From assembly GCA_026770705.1 (NCBI GenBank), contig JANJGN010000018.1, positions 41,106,001 to 41,170,000 of the forward strand: DNA of 64,000 bases, read 5' to 3'. The notes below the pieces were generated by a model that was not told the origin of the DNA, ran no database searches, and saw only the letters and a program-made list of their open reading frames with translations. A program made the translations under genes and the position numbers. Positions 63,465 to 64,000 of this stretch are shown piece by piece (the first letter of the stretch is position 1; every line of letters starts with the position of its first letter). The DNA is from Isurus oxyrinchus. Lineage: Eukaryota.

Positions 63465-63870
63465 GTGTCAGCATTGGGAGCACTCTATGAGTCATCAGAT
63501 TGTGGGTTCAAACTTTGCTCCACAGATTTGAACACATATTCATTAGCAGATTGTGGGTTCAAACCTTACTGCACAGATTTGAACACATATTCGAGGTTGA
63601 CACTTCAGTGCAGTACTGGAGGAGTGCTGTACTGGTGGAAGTGTGGTCTTTCAGATGGATGAGCTGAGACTCTATCTGCATTCGCAGATGAACATAAAAG
63701 ATACCATGGCACTATTTGGAGAACAGTAGGCAAGTTTCCCAGTGTCCCGGATGACATTTATCCCTCAAACAACACCAAAATAGATTAACACAATTTGTTT
63801 CACTGACGGCTACATTTCAAACTACTTTGGCTATAAAACACTTTGGAATACATGCTGAATTTGTATAAAA
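63465..63870 (+). mobile_element. Deu-domain SINE with a duplicated B-box segment
   Basis: gacacttcagtgcagtactggaggagtgctgtactg..gtctttcagatg..aaaagataccatggcactattt..tttatccctcaaacaacacc; 51-bp duplication at 63496 and 63547. Confidence 0.75.
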
Positions 63871-64000
63871 TGTATGTTTATCATTGAGCTAGAGAGTGAG
63901 CAAAGTTGGGCACTGTGAAATTATTGAGAAGATCATTTTACTGAGCAGGCTATGGAAGCCTGAACAGATAGCATTATTGAAATTTAGCTGAACTGTTTGG

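Overview
Vertebrate genomic DNA, most likely a shark or other cartilaginous fish (inferred from the CR1, Penelope, Deu-SINE and Harbinger repeat content). The only host gene found is a minus-strand PTGFRN (EWI-F/CD9P-1) orthologue. Eight coding exons can be assembled by hand with canonical GT-AG, phase-1 junctions: 61165-61123 (signal peptide), 23178-22813, 18492-18070, 17336-16956, 12703-12281, 9334-8921, 4428-4321 and 1239-937. They give 2461 nt of uninterrupted CDS encoding six V-type Ig domains; the transmembrane exon should lie before position 1. Intron 1 is about 37.9 kb. The rest is mostly transposon-derived: Penelope-like elements (GIY-YIG) carrying minimal hammerhead-ribozyme motifs, CR1 LINEs (including a near full-length CR1 nested in another), a decayed two-gene Harbinger plus a family of Harbinger-type MITEs, a Gypsy remnant lacking RT, hAT and Tigger-like MITEs, L2 fragments and SINEs. 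The most striking item is a 236-bp TSD-flanked fold-back element (12868-13103) built from two inverted Penelope terminal segments. It encodes a hammerhead motif on each strand, both with a non-canonical U at core position 6 that the other young copies share.
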